From Candidatus Binatia bacterium (GTDB taxonomy: Bacteria > Desulfobacterota > Binatia > Bin18), in assembly GCA_963664395.2 (NCBI GenBank), contig OY761159.2:2112001-2176000 (forward strand): a DNA stretch of 64,000 bases. The letters are read 5' to 3'. Position numbers and translations under genes: made by a program. This document shows, in pieces, positions 19,451 to 29,045 of this stretch. The notes beneath the pieces are model-generated. The model saw only the letters and a list, made by a program, of their open reading frames with translations. It ran no database searches and had not been told where the DNA came from. Numbering within the stretch: position 1 is the stretch's first letter; each line of letters starts with the position of its first letter.

Positions 19451-22400
19451 ATGGACAACCGATTCTTCGAGCAGCCGATCTTGAACTCACCCTACGAGTA
19501 TCCCACGCAACACTGGGAGCTTGATGACCAGGGACAGCCAACACAGCAGATCATCGAAAGCCGCCGTCGGGCCGAGTTTATTACTCCCATTCCAAAGCCG
19601 AGAAAACGGAAAGGCTCATCGCACCAGCAGCAACTCGTCTTGGATGAGGGCAAAGGACTCTCAACCGCTGAGCAGCAGTACGACTCCACGTCAATTATCA
19701 CCGCGCTGCGCCGTCAGGTGGACCAGTGGCGCAGCCGACCAAATCGAGCCGACTGGCAGGTGACGCCCGAAACCGCTCGTCTGCTTCAACACTGGCGACA
19801 GCATACGTTCAACACTATCCGGCCCTTCTTCTGTCAGGTGGAAGCAGTTGAAACCGCTATCTGGCTGACCGAGGTCGCCCCGAGCGCGGGCAAGACCGGC
19901 AAAGACTTTCTGGACCATCTCACGAATGCCAATAACGACGCCAATCCGGGCTTGCTGCGCCTGGCGCTCAAACTCGCTACTGGCGCGGGTAAGACTACGG
20001 TTATGGCCATGCTGATTGCCTGGCAGACCATCAACGCAGTCCGCCGCCCAACGAGCAGAAGATTTACCCGAGGCTTTCTGATCGTCACGCCTGGCTTGAC
20101 GATCCGCGACCGGCTGCGCGTCCTGCAACCGAACGACCCGGACAGCTACTACGAAAGCCGAGAGCTGGTGCCGAACGACATGCTCGGCGACCTCGACCGG
20201 GCCAAGATCGTCATTACCAACTACCACGCCTTTAAGCTGCGTGAACGGATGGCGCTTTCAAAGGGTGGCCGCTCGCTACTCCAAGGCCGAGGCGCGGAGT
20301 TGGACACCTTGGAGACTGAAGGACAGATGATCCAGCGCGTCATGCCCGACCTCATGGGTATGAAAAATATCGTGGTGATGAACGACGAGGCACACCATTG
20401 CTACCGTGAGAAACCGGAAAAAGACGACGAAGGAACTCTGAAAGGCGACGAGCGAAAAGAAGCCGAGAAGAACAACGAGGCTGCGCGGCTCTGGATTTCC
20501 GGCCTGGAAGCCATAAACCGCAAGTTGGGTGTTGCACGGATCATGGATTTATCGGCCACCCCGTTCTTTCTACGCGGGTCGGGCTATGCCGAGGGGACAC
20601 TCTTCCCCTGGACGATGAGCGACTTTTCACTCATGGACGCCATCGAATGCGGCATCGTCAAACTGCCCCGCGTGCCTGTGGCCGACAATATCCCTGGCGG
20701 CGACATGCCCAAGTTCCGCAACCTGTGGGAACATATTCGCTCCCGGATGCCGAAAAAGGGCCGAGGCAAGGCCAAGACCCTCGACCCGCTCAGCCTGCCG
20801 GTTGAACTCCAGACCGCCCTGGAAGCCCTGTATGGTCATTACGAGAAGACCTTCAAGCTATGGCAGCAGGAAGGCATTCAGGTTCCGCCCTGTTTTATCG
20901 TGGTGTGCAACAACACCTCTACATCCAAGCTGGTCTACGACTACATCTCGGGCTTTCGGCGGGACAATGGGAACGATTCGACGGCGTTTGAGAATGGCCG
21001 CCTGCCGCTATTCCGGAACTATAATGCGGACGGGACTCAACTGGCGCGTCCACGTACTTTACTCATCGACAGCCAACAGCTCGAATCCGGTGATGCCCTG
21101 GACGCCAATTTTCGGGCTATGGCCGCGGGCGAGATTGACCGCTTCCGGCGGGAGATTATCGAACGCACCGGCGACCGCGGTCAGGCCGAGAATCTTTCCG
21201 ACCAAGACTTGCTTCGGGAAGTGATGAATACGGTCGGTAAACTAGGTCGGTTGGGCGAGTCGATTCGCTGCGTTGTCTCGGTATCCATGCTGACCGAAGG
21301 CTGGGACGCCAACACGGTCACGCATGTCCTGGGCGTGCGCGCCTTTGGCACTCAACTGCTGTGCGAGCAAGTCATTGGGCGCGCCTTGCGTCGGCAATCC
21401 TACGCTTTGAATGAAGATGATCTGTTCAATGTGGAATACGCCGATGTCCTGGGGATTCCGTTCGACTTCACCGCCAAGCCGGTCGTCGCCCCACCCCAGC
21501 CGCCCCGCGAGACTGTTCAGGTTCGAGCGGTGCGGCCCGACCGCGACCATCTTGCAATCCAGTTTCCACGTGTCGAAGGCTATCGCGTCGAACTGCCGGA
21601 GGAGCGGCTCAGCGCCGAGTTCAACGACGATTCCATTCTGGAGTTGACCCCGGACCTCGTTGGCCCCTCGATCACACGGAACGCGGGAATTATTGGAGAA
21701 GATGTTGACCTCAACCTCGTTCACACCGACGACCTACGGCGCTCCACCGTGTTGTTCCACGTTGCCAAGCGTTTGCTCTACACCAAATGGCGCGACCCTG
21801 GCGAAGAGCCGAAGCTCCACCTATTCGGCCAGTTGAAACACATCACCACACAATGGCTCGATACCTGCTTGATCTGCAAAGGCAGCACCTATCCTGCCCA
21901 GCTCATGTACCAGGAACTGGCCGACATGGCCTGCGAACGCATTACTGCCGGCATTACCCGCTCCTTCGTAGGCAGCCGACCCGTGAAAGCCGTATTGGAC
22001 CCGTACAACCCCACCGGCTCTACCATGCATGTGAACTTCAATACCTCAAAAGCGCATCGCTGGGAGACGGATGCACGGCGGTGTCACATCAACTGGGTTA
22101 TCCTCGACAGCGACTGGGAGGCCGAGTTTTGCCGCGTGGCCGAGTCGCATCCGGCCGTGCAGGCATACGTGAAGAATCACAACCTCGGTCTGGAGATACC
22201 CTACCGCTACGGCTCAACCCTGCGGACCTATATTCCTGACTTCATCGTCCTGCTGAATGACGGTCATGCCGATCCGTTGCACCTGATTGTTGAGATCAAG
22301 GGCTATCGGGGTGAAGACGCCAAGGAAAAGAAGTCTACCATGGAGACCTACTGGGTGCCTGGGGTGAATCGTCATGGGCAATATGGGCGTTGGGCCTTCG

Positions 22401-22543
22401 CCGAATTCACGGAGGTGTATCAGATCGAGGCCGACTTTCAGGCCACGCTCGAAGCGAGCTTCGACAGGCTTATCAATCGACCCCCTAGCCACTCCCCACT
22501 GAACAGAGGAGAAGATCATGAAATTGGAGGTAGTCGTCCATGA
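19451..22543 (+). CDS. res: Type III restriction enzyme Res subunit (helicase plus PD-(D/E)xK nuclease)
   Basis: LATGAGKT, NDEAHHCY, SATP, MLTEGWD, QVIGRALRR; C-terminal PDF...EIKG. Confidence 0.9.
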   Translation: MDNRFFEQPILNSPYEYPTQHWELDDQGQPTQQIIESRRRAEFITPIPKPRKRKGSSHQQQLVLDEGKGLSTAEQQYDSTSIITALRRQVDQWRSRPNRADWQVTPETARLLQHWRQHTFNTIRPFFCQVEAVETAIWLTEVAPSAGKTGKDFLDHLTNANNDANPGLLRLALKLATGAGKTTVMAMLIAWQTINAVRRPTSRRFTRGFLIVTPGLTIRDRLRVLQPNDPDSYYESRELVPNDMLGDLDRAKIVITNYHAFKLRERMALSKGGRSLLQGRGAELDTLETEGQMIQRVMPDLMGMKNIVVMNDEAHHCYREKPEKDDEGTLKGDERKEAEKNNEAARLWISGLEAINRKLGVARIMDLSATPFFLRGSGYAEGTLFPWTMSDFSLMDAIECGIVKLPRVPVADNIPGGDMPKFRNLWEHIRSRMPKKGRGKAKTLDPLSLPVELQTALEALYGHYEKTFKLWQQEGIQVPPCFIVVCNNTSTSKLVYDYISGFRRDNGNDSTAFENGRLPLFRNYNADGTQLARPRTLLIDSQQLESGDALDANFRAMAAGEIDRFRREIIERTGDRGQAENLSDQDLLREVMNTVGKLGRLGESIRCVVSVSMLTEGWDANTVTHVLGVRAFGTQLLCEQVIGRALRRQSYALNEDDLFNVEYADVLGIPFDFTAKPVVAPPQPPRETVQVRAVRPDRDHLAIQFPRVEGYRVELPEERLSAEFNDDSILELTPDLVGPSITRNAGIIGEDVDLNLVHTDDLRRSTVLFHVAKRLLYTKWRDPGEEPKLHLFGQLKHITTQWLDTCLICKGSTYPAQLMYQELADMACERITAGITRSFVGSRPVKAVLDPYNPTGSTMHVNFNTSKAHRWETDARRCHINWVILDSDWEAEFCRVAESHPAVQAYVKNHNLGLEIPYRYGSTLRTYIPDFIVLLNDGHADPLHLIVEIKGYRGEDAKEKKSTMETYWVPGVNRHGQYGRWAFAEFTEVYQIEADFQATLEASFDRLINRPPSHSPLNRGEDHEIGGSRP

Positions 22544-22700
22544 AGCGGAGGAAGGTGGTTATTGGGCAGAGGTGCCCGCTATCCCCGGCTGCACGACTCA
22601 GGGAGAATCTTTTGAAGCACTGCTGAGCAATCTCTACGAAGCGGTTGAAGGGTGTCTGTCCGTGGATGTCCAGGAGATTCCCGCGTCGGACAAAGGTTAA
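22518..22700 (+). CDS. hicB: Solo HicB-family antitoxin between res and mod
   Basis: EAEEGGYWAEVPAIPGCTTQGESFE. Confidence 0.85.
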   Translation: MKLEVVVHEAEEGGYWAEVPAIPGCTTQGESFEALLSNLYEAVEGCLSVDVQEIPASDKG

Positions 22701-22705
22701 ATTCA

Positions 22706-25477
22706 ATGGCTCAATCCCGTGGCAAGAAGACGGCCAAGACCGTCGCAACACTCACGCACCCCGCCGCATCGCGCAAGAATATCCCCACGGCCGAGTTTCA
22801 GTCGGTGATGCGTAAGGACGAACAAAGTCCGATTCAGGTTGCCTATGAGCGTCGCAACCGCGATTTGGACCCGCAGTTGGTGTGGCGGGGGAAGGACGAA
22901 CAGGACTGGTCGGACTTGGTCGTCCAGGCACCACCGCTCTACATCCAGGAGAAAGTTCATCCCAAGGTCCTCATCGACGACCTGCTCCGTCAAACCAAAA
23001 CCGACGACAAAGCCGCCGACGCCCAATTCGACCTGTTCGCCGACTTCAACGGTCTGCCCGACGAGGCCCGCTCCACCGATTTCTACCAGCACGACGCCAA
23101 CTGGACCAACCGCATGATTCTGGGTGACTCACTCCAAGTGATGGCGTCGCTGGCGGAGCGGGAGGGGCTGCGCGGCAAGGTGCAGTGCATCTACATCGAT
23201 CCGCCCTACGGCATCAAGTTCAACTCCAACTTCCAGTGGTCCACGACCAGCCGCGATGTCAAGGACGGCAACACCGGTCACATCACCCGCGAGCCCGAAC
23301 AGGTGAAGGCGTTTCGGGATACGTGGCGGGATGGGATTCATTCGTATCTGACATATCTGCGGGACCGGCTGACCGTTGCACGGGATTTGCTGACGGAGAG
23401 CGGTTCTGTGTTTGTTCAGATTGGGGATGAGAATGTGCATCGGGTTCGGGCGCTGATGGATGAGGTGTTTGGAGAGGACAACTTTGTCTCCTGCATCTCA
23501 TTTAAGAAGACTTCTGGCTCAGGCGCAGCGTACTTGGAGAATATCTATGACATGCTTCTTTGGTATGCCAAGAAGCGCCCACTTATGAAGTATCGTAGGG
23601 CATTCTTGCCGAAGGCGGCTCAGTTGTTAGACACGCAATACACTGAACAGGACTCCATTCGGAAAGCGTACGTCCTTGGCGATCATCGATATATGCCGGA
23701 CACTATTAGCTCACAGGGAGCCAGCGAGTCAGGGACTTACCCGATAGAACTTGAAGGTAAGATTTTTGAATTACCGCCAAATACACATTGGAAGACTTCG
23801 CGAGAAGGGATGCCACGCCTGAAACTCGCTGGCCGGCTAATAGGGGTGGGTAGGCGCATCCGGTACAAGCGGTATGCCGACGATTTCTCTGTCACGACGT
23901 TCAGCAATAGCTGGGATGACACGATTGTGTCTGGATATACAGATCCAAAAATCTACGTTGTCCAGACATCACTAAAAGTTACTCAACGCTGCATCCTCAT
24001 GGCCACCGATCCCGGCGACCTAGTTCTCGACCCCACCTGCGGCGCAGGCACCACTGCCTACGTTGCCGAACAATGGGGCCGCCGCTGGATCACCATTGAC
24101 ACGTCTCGTGTGGCCTTGGCGCTGGCCCGTGCCCGCATTATGGGTGCGCGTTACCCTTACCACTTGCTGGCCGATAGTCGTGAGGGGCAACGTAAAGAAG
24201 CTGAAGTCACTCGGACTGCTCCCTCTGAAACGCCGGTGCATGGCAATATCCGTCAGGGGTTCGTCTACGAGCGTGTCCCGCATATTACGCTCAAATCCAT
24301 CGCCAATAATGCCGAGATCGATGTGATCTGGGAGAAGTTTCAGGCAATGCTCGAACCGCTGCGCGAGCAACTGAATTGTACGCTAGGACAAGAGAAGACG
24401 CCGTGGGAGGAGTGGGAAATTCCTCGTGAGGCTGACGCTGGCTGGTCGGAGGAGGCGAAGAGGCTCCATGCCGAGTGGTGGGAGCAGCGGATTGCGCGGC
24501 AGAAGGAAATTGATGCGTCTATCGCGGCCAAGGCCGACTATGAATACCTGTACGACAAACCCTACGAGGATAAGAAAAAGGTGCGGGTTGCCGGGCCGTT
24601 CACGGTCGAAAGTCTGTCTCCGCACCGGGTGTTGAGCGTGGACGAAGACGACGAATTGATCGACGGCGTTGCCGAGCCGGAAGCCGGGTACGGCGAAGAG
24701 CATGACTTCGCCCGGATGATTCTGGAAAACCTCAAGACCGCCGGCGTGCAGCAGGCGCATAAGGAAGACAAAATCGCCTTCACCGCAATCACCCCCTGGC
24801 CGGGCGATTTGATCTGCGCCGAGGGCCGCTACCTCGAAGGCGACCAGGAAGCCGGCACGGAAAAGCGCGCGGCAATTTTTATCGGCCCGGAGTTTGGTAC
24901 GGTCTCTCGTCCGGACTTGGTCCAAGCGGCCCGTGAGGCAGGTGACGCGGATTTCGACGCGCTGATTACCTGCGCCTTCAACTACGACGCGCGCTCATCC
25001 GAGTTTGACAAGCTCGGCCGCATTCCCGTGCTCAAGGCCCGCATGAACGCCGACCTGCACATGGCCGACGATCTGAAGAACACCGGCCAGGGCAATTTAT
25101 TCGTTATCTTCGGCGAGCCGGACATCGACATCCTGGACGCTGAGAACGGACAGGTTCGGGTCAAGATTAACGGCGTGGACGTGTTCCATCCGAACACCGG
25201 TGAAATCCGTAGCGACAACGCCGACGGCATCGCCTGCTGGTTTATCGACACCGACTACAACGAAGAGAGCTTCTTCGTTCGCCACGCCTATTTCCTCGGA
25301 GCCAACGACCCCTACAAAGCCCTCAAGACCACCCTCAAGGCCGAGATCAACGCAGACGCCTGGGCGACCCTCAACAGCGACACCTCCCGCCCGTTCGACA
25401 AACCCACGTCCGGGCGGATCGCCGTCAAGGTCATCAATCATCTGGGCGACGAGGTAATGAAGGTGTTTCGGGTATGA
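22706..25477 (+). CDS. mod: Type III modification methyltransferase Mod (beta-class N6-adenine MTase)
   Basis: NRMILGDSL, IYIDPPY, later VLDPTCGAGTT; start set at ATG 22706. Confidence 0.9.
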   Translation: MAQSRGKKTAKTVATLTHPAASRKNIPTAEFQSVMRKDEQSPIQVAYERRNRDLDPQLVWRGKDEQDWSDLVVQAPPLYIQEKVHPKVLIDDLLRQTKTDDKAADAQFDLFADFNGLPDEARSTDFYQHDANWTNRMILGDSLQVMASLAEREGLRGKVQCIYIDPPYGIKFNSNFQWSTTSRDVKDGNTGHITREPEQVKAFRDTWRDGIHSYLTYLRDRLTVARDLLTESGSVFVQIGDENVHRVRALMDEVFGEDNFVSCISFKKTSGSGAAYLENIYDMLLWYAKKRPLMKYRRAFLPKAAQLLDTQYTEQDSIRKAYVLGDHRYMPDTISSQGASESGTYPIELEGKIFELPPNTHWKTSREGMPRLKLAGRLIGVGRRIRYKRYADDFSVTTFSNSWDDTIVSGYTDPKIYVVQTSLKVTQRCILMATDPGDLVLDPTCGAGTTAYVAEQWGRRWITIDTSRVALALARARIMGARYPYHLLADSREGQRKEAEVTRTAPSETPVHGNIRQGFVYERVPHITLKSIANNAEIDVIWEKFQAMLEPLREQLNCTLGQEKTPWEEWEIPREADAGWSEEAKRLHAEWWEQRIARQKEIDASIAAKADYEYLYDKPYEDKKKVRVAGPFTVESLSPHRVLSVDEDDELIDGVAEPEAGYGEEHDFARMILENLKTAGVQQAHKEDKIAFTAITPWPGDLICAEGRYLEGDQEAGTEKRAAIFIGPEFGTVSRPDLVQAAREAGDADFDALITCAFNYDARSSEFDKLGRIPVLKARMNADLHMADDLKNTGQGNLFVIFGEPDIDILDAENGQVRVKINGVDVFHPNTGEIRSDNADGIACWFIDTDYNEESFFVRHAYFLGANDPYKALKTTLKAEINADAWATLNSDTSRPFDKPTSGRIAVKVINHLGDEVMKVFRV

Positions 25478-25870
25478 CAATACCATCGCCGAAACAAGTC
25501 TTTGACGACCCGACAGAGCATTGGGCCTTTCTCACCCAAAGCTCTGATGACGATTTCGAGGGTCAGTATTTCGACCGTAAAGAGGCTGGCCGGGCGGGCG
25601 TTGACGCAAAAAGGCTGGAGAAGCAACTAGGAGGCATACGGGGTCAGATCAAAGAGACGATTTCTGCATTTGCCAACACAAACCGCAAGGGCGGGCTGCT
25701 CGTTCTCGGGATCGCCTCCAATGGAACCGTGAACGGCATTGACCACCTATCAGAACAGCAAAGGAACAGCCTGACAGATTTTGCGACACTCCTTCATCAT
25801 CAGGCAGCGGAACCCAAACTACATGAATGTGTGGATACTCAGGACAACTCTAAGACTATCTGTCTAATAT
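25474..25870 (+). pseudogene. Schlafen/AlbA_2 domain, N-terminal part of a truncated gene
   Basis: EGQYFDRKE...ISAFANT..GGLLVLGI...G.V.GI AlbA_2 signature; similarity ends at ~25870, and the rest of ORF 25474-26091 is out of frame. Confidence 0.8.
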
Positions 25871-26252
25871 TCGATTCTACGATAACCGGCCAGAAACAGA
25901 TGGTAGTCTGCGCCGCGGAAGCTACGTCGAAGCAGCGAAGAACAAAATCTACCTCTCGACGACCGGCTACAACCCGTTTCGTCGGGCGCTGGGAACACCG
26001 AAACCGCTGGAAGTCTCAGCGTGGGTCCATCGGCCAGAAGAATTACCGAGAGCGGAACTCGACCTTCGTGTTCTCGCAGTGCAAGTTCTAAACCTGACCA
26101 AGTTGAACTGGGCGTCTACAGATTCGTTCTGTGGAGAGCCTATTACTCTGAAGTACGCCGGAAACATTGCTTACTTAACCGCCGCATTTCTAAGACAATC
26201 CGAACCATTCAACCTCCACCCTGTTCTGGAAAAAACACCGTGGTTCATTTGA
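25866..26252 (+). pseudogene. C-terminal part of a prokaryotic Argonaute PIWI domain
   Basis: Manual translation of the frame starting at 25866: NIRFYDNRPETDGSLRRGSYV...LSTTGY...GTPKPLEV...QVLNLTKLNWASTDSFCGEPITLKYAGNIAYL...LEKTPWFI-stop. RG.Y, G.P.PL, LTKLNW...P.T.KYA and terminal WFI are pAgo C-terminal hallmarks. Confidence 0.8.
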
Positions 26253-26350
26253 TTCCGTAAGGACGGCCCCACTTGTGATGTAAGCTGCGCAGGTTGATCT
26301 ATGCCAAGTCGGGCTTGACAATCGTGCAAAAATGCACGACGTAGCGTCTG

Positions 26351-26557
26351 ATGAAGAGCGGCGAATTCGTCAGACGGGCCTAGCGCTATGCAAAAAGAGT
26401 CGGGCTTGTATCCCACTTTAATCCGAGCCGAGGCAAGGGCAGTCACGGACGGCTTCACGTCGGAGATCGCTTGACTACCGTGCCGCGCAAGGAAATTGGG
26501 CCGGGCCTGTTGGCCGCCATGTTGAACGACCTTAACATCGACAAGAAGGAGTTCTGA
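26351..26557 (+). pseudogene. hicA: HicA-like toxin with an internal amber stop
   Basis: MKSGEFVRRA*RYAKR...RGKGSHGRLHVGDRLTTVPRKEIGPGLLAAMLNDLNIDKKEF; TAG at 26381-26383; its TGA overlaps the hicB ATG. Confidence 0.8.
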
Positions 26558-26985
26558 TGCGGTACGCTTATCCATGCGTCTTGACGCCTGAAGAAGGCGG
26601 GGGCTTTTTCGTGCGTTTCCCCGATGTGCCGGGAGCGCTGACCTGTGGCGAAGACCGGACCGAAGCGTTGATGATGGCCGAGGACGCCTTGGCTGTAGCT
26701 CTCGCCGGTTACGTTCAGCAGCGGCGGGACATTCCCGCCCCAAGTCCTGTTAAAGCCGGCCAGGCAATCGTGACCCTGCCGCCACTTGTCGCCGCAAAGC
26801 TCGCGCTGTACACGGCGATGCGTCAGCAGGGCGTCACCAAGGTGGCCCTTGCAACTCGTTTGGGCCTGAGTGAGTCCGTCGTGCGCAGGCTTGTGAATCC
26901 CGAGCATCGCTCCCACATCAGCCAGATCGAAAAAGCCCTCCGCGCCGTCGGGCGCAAACTCGCAGTTGAGGATCAGGCGGCGTGA
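26557..26985 (+). CDS. hicB: HicB antitoxin with C-terminal HTH
   Basis: GGFFVRFPDVPGALTCG..EALMMAEDAL; C-terminal LATRLG...VRRLVNP HTH. Confidence 0.9.
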   Translation: MRYAYPCVLTPEEGGGFFVRFPDVPGALTCGEDRTEALMMAEDALAVALAGYVQQRRDIPAPSPVKAGQAIVTLPPLVAAKLALYTAMRQQGVTKVALATRLGLSESVVRRLVNPEHRSHISQIEKALRAVGRKLAVEDQAA

Positions 26986-27096
26986 GGAAGAGTCACTATT
27001 GGACAGAAGTTGGAAATCAAGCAGCAGGTGTTTCGGGTAAACTAAGGAGTGGGTGGAATTCGGCTTGATGTCAGGGGCACAGGCGGCCGGCCCGGC

Positions 27097-28062
27097 TCAG
27101 CGTATCTTGCCTTCAACAAAGGGGACTTCGTAGGCTTTTTCATGATTGATAGGACCGTGCCCGAAATAGCCCTCTTCGCCGAATAACTCGCCGTGGTCTG
27201 CGGTAATCGTAATATAGGTATTTGGGGGGACGATGTCGAAGAGGCGTTCAAACACTTCGTCAAGGTAGCGGACGGCATGGACCTGTCGCTTGCGGAGACG
27301 GTCGAGTTTGTCTTGATCGAAGAACCGCTCCCCTTCTTCATCTTCAATAAGCTTCCCGCCGACGACGGCGTCATCAAGATGCTTAAAGACCCCGTGGACG
27401 CCGTGAATCTTCGGCCACTCCTCGCTGGGCTCGTTGGGTAACGCGTACGGATAGTGCGTCTCTCCGACATTCAACAAATAAAACGACGGCCGGTCAGGAG
27501 AGAAAGATAACCGCTCAACCATAGCAGCCATGTCATTATGGGTTGGCATCAGTGTAAATGAGTCGAAGTCCTTATTGAGCAGCGTGGCGGGGTTCAAAAC
27601 GGGCAAAGAGACCATCGCATGCGTATGGTAGCCCAGCTTCCATTTTAAGAATGTGGGTAAAAAGAGCTGCGGAACCAGGCTTTTGAACTCAATCCGTTCT
27701 GCTCCGAGGCGTTCCTGGTATTTGAAAAAATCCCGTTTGTAATACTCGGAAGCATAGACTTGCTGCGGGCTGGAGTGGGGCAATAAGCCCATCAGCAGGT
27801 TGTAATGAGACGGGGCTGTCCAAGACGCATAGCTCCAACGACGCTGTACCTCACCCAGGGCACTGACCGTTCTCGGCCGGGCTTCCATAAAGGCATCATA
27901 CCGGCAGCTGTCAAGGATCACGATGAGGTAATTATTCCTGCCCTGGGGGGGAGGAAGCTGCCGCTCCGCGGCGACTTGGGACGGCGTAGCCAGCCGTGTC
28001 TCAGCCGGCTGGGGCACCTCCCCAGACCCGCCCCGATTGAAGAGCCGCTTCAAAATACCCAT
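27097..28062 (-). CDS. Sulfatase/alkaline-phosphatase superfamily metalloenzyme
   Basis: VILDSCRYD, SWTAPSH, ETHYPY, ITADHGELFGE..YFGH. Confidence 0.8.
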   Translation of the reverse strand: MGILKRLFNRGGSGEVPQPAETRLATPSQVAAERQLPPPQGRNNYLIVILDSCRYDAFMEARPRTVSALGEVQRRWSYASWTAPSHYNLLMGLLPHSSPQQVYASEYYKRDFFKYQERLGAERIEFKSLVPQLFLPTFLKWKLGYHTHAMVSLPVLNPATLLNKDFDSFTLMPTHNDMAAMVERLSFSPDRPSFYLLNVGETHYPYALPNEPSEEWPKIHGVHGVFKHLDDAVVGGKLIEDEEGERFFDQDKLDRLRKRQVHAVRYLDEVFERLFDIVPPNTYITITADHGELFGEEGYFGHGPINHEKAYEVPFVEGKIR

Positions 28063-28091
28063 GCCTGCTCCTTACTGGCGATCCTTACTTT

Positions 28092-28805
28092 TCAAGACTT
28101 TTCAAGAGAAATATCGACCGGCTGCCGGTGTGCCGGTTCAGGAAAAGAATGGGAGAGAACGCGTTCAGGATCGTGTCCCCCAGCGCGTAATAAGCGGACC
28201 ACTTCTGTCTCTGGTAGAGGCGTTCCTCCCCCAAGGAGGCGCGCCCGGAAGAGAATCTGGGCGGCGTGCTCAAGCATCTCCAGCTTTGAGTAGGCCTCTT
28301 GGAGAGTCACGCCTACCGTTACAGATCCATGCCGAGCTAACATAAGCGCGTCGAATTGGCGGATGAGGGGACAGATTGCCTCACCGGTATCACGCGTACC
28401 GGGCGTGACATACGGGACAGTCGGAATGGCGCCCAGGGCAGTGACGACTTCGGGCAATGTACCGTCGGCAAGCGAGATGCCGGCTAAGGTGCACGCAACC
28501 GCTGTTGTCGGATGGGCATGAATGACCGCCGCAACATCCGTCCGCTCTCGGTACACAGCAAGGTGGAGGGCGATTTCCGATGACGGCAAGCCCTCGTCAC
28601 TCACCGGCTTCCCCTCTAAATCGGTCTCAATCAATTGCTCGGGTCGCAGAAAGCCTTTGTGCACCCCTCGGCACGTGACCAGGATACGGTCCGGACCAAG
28701 GCGGACGCTGACATTCCCTTCTGAAGACGCAATGAAGCCCTTGTGGTACATGGCGTGGCAGATAGTCACGAATTCAGTCGTTATAGCAGGCCGGTTGGTA
28801 TTCAT
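28092..28805 (-). CDS. Class II aldolase/adducin-family protein
   Basis: EGNVSVR, PSSEIALH, AVIHAHP, RHGS. Confidence 0.9.
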   Translation of the reverse strand: MNTNRPAITTEFVTICHAMYHKGFIASSEGNVSVRLGPDRILVTCRGVHKGFLRPEQLIETDLEGKPVSDEGLPSSEIALHLAVYRERTDVAAVIHAHPTTAVACTLAGISLADGTLPEVVTALGAIPTVPYVTPGTRDTGEAICPLIRQFDALMLARHGSVTVGVTLQEAYSKLEMLEHAAQILFRARLLGGGTPLPETEVVRLLRAGGHDPERVLSHSFPEPAHRQPVDISLEKS

Positions 28806-29045
28806 AGCTGTTCAGGAGGGCCAGGGTCCTCTCTCTGGTATGGAGATAGCGTTTCATTCACCAGACTGTCGTAAATCTGTTCAGGCTTTTTTACAAGAGA
28901 CTGGACAGAAAAATGGGCACTATCCCCGGTCAGAGAGAATGCGTCCGAGCCTGTGTGGTGGAAGAGGTCGGTCCGGCTATTCAGGCTTTGTAGAATTCTG
29001 ATAGGCTAAACGGACAGCAGACAAGGAAGGTGAGGAGGTGCATAC

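Noticed and set aside
25871-26091. C-terminal half of the 205-aa ORF 25474-26091 as real protein
   Set aside because: It is out-of-frame read-through after the deletion junction; the meaningful coding frame there is the PIWI fragment.
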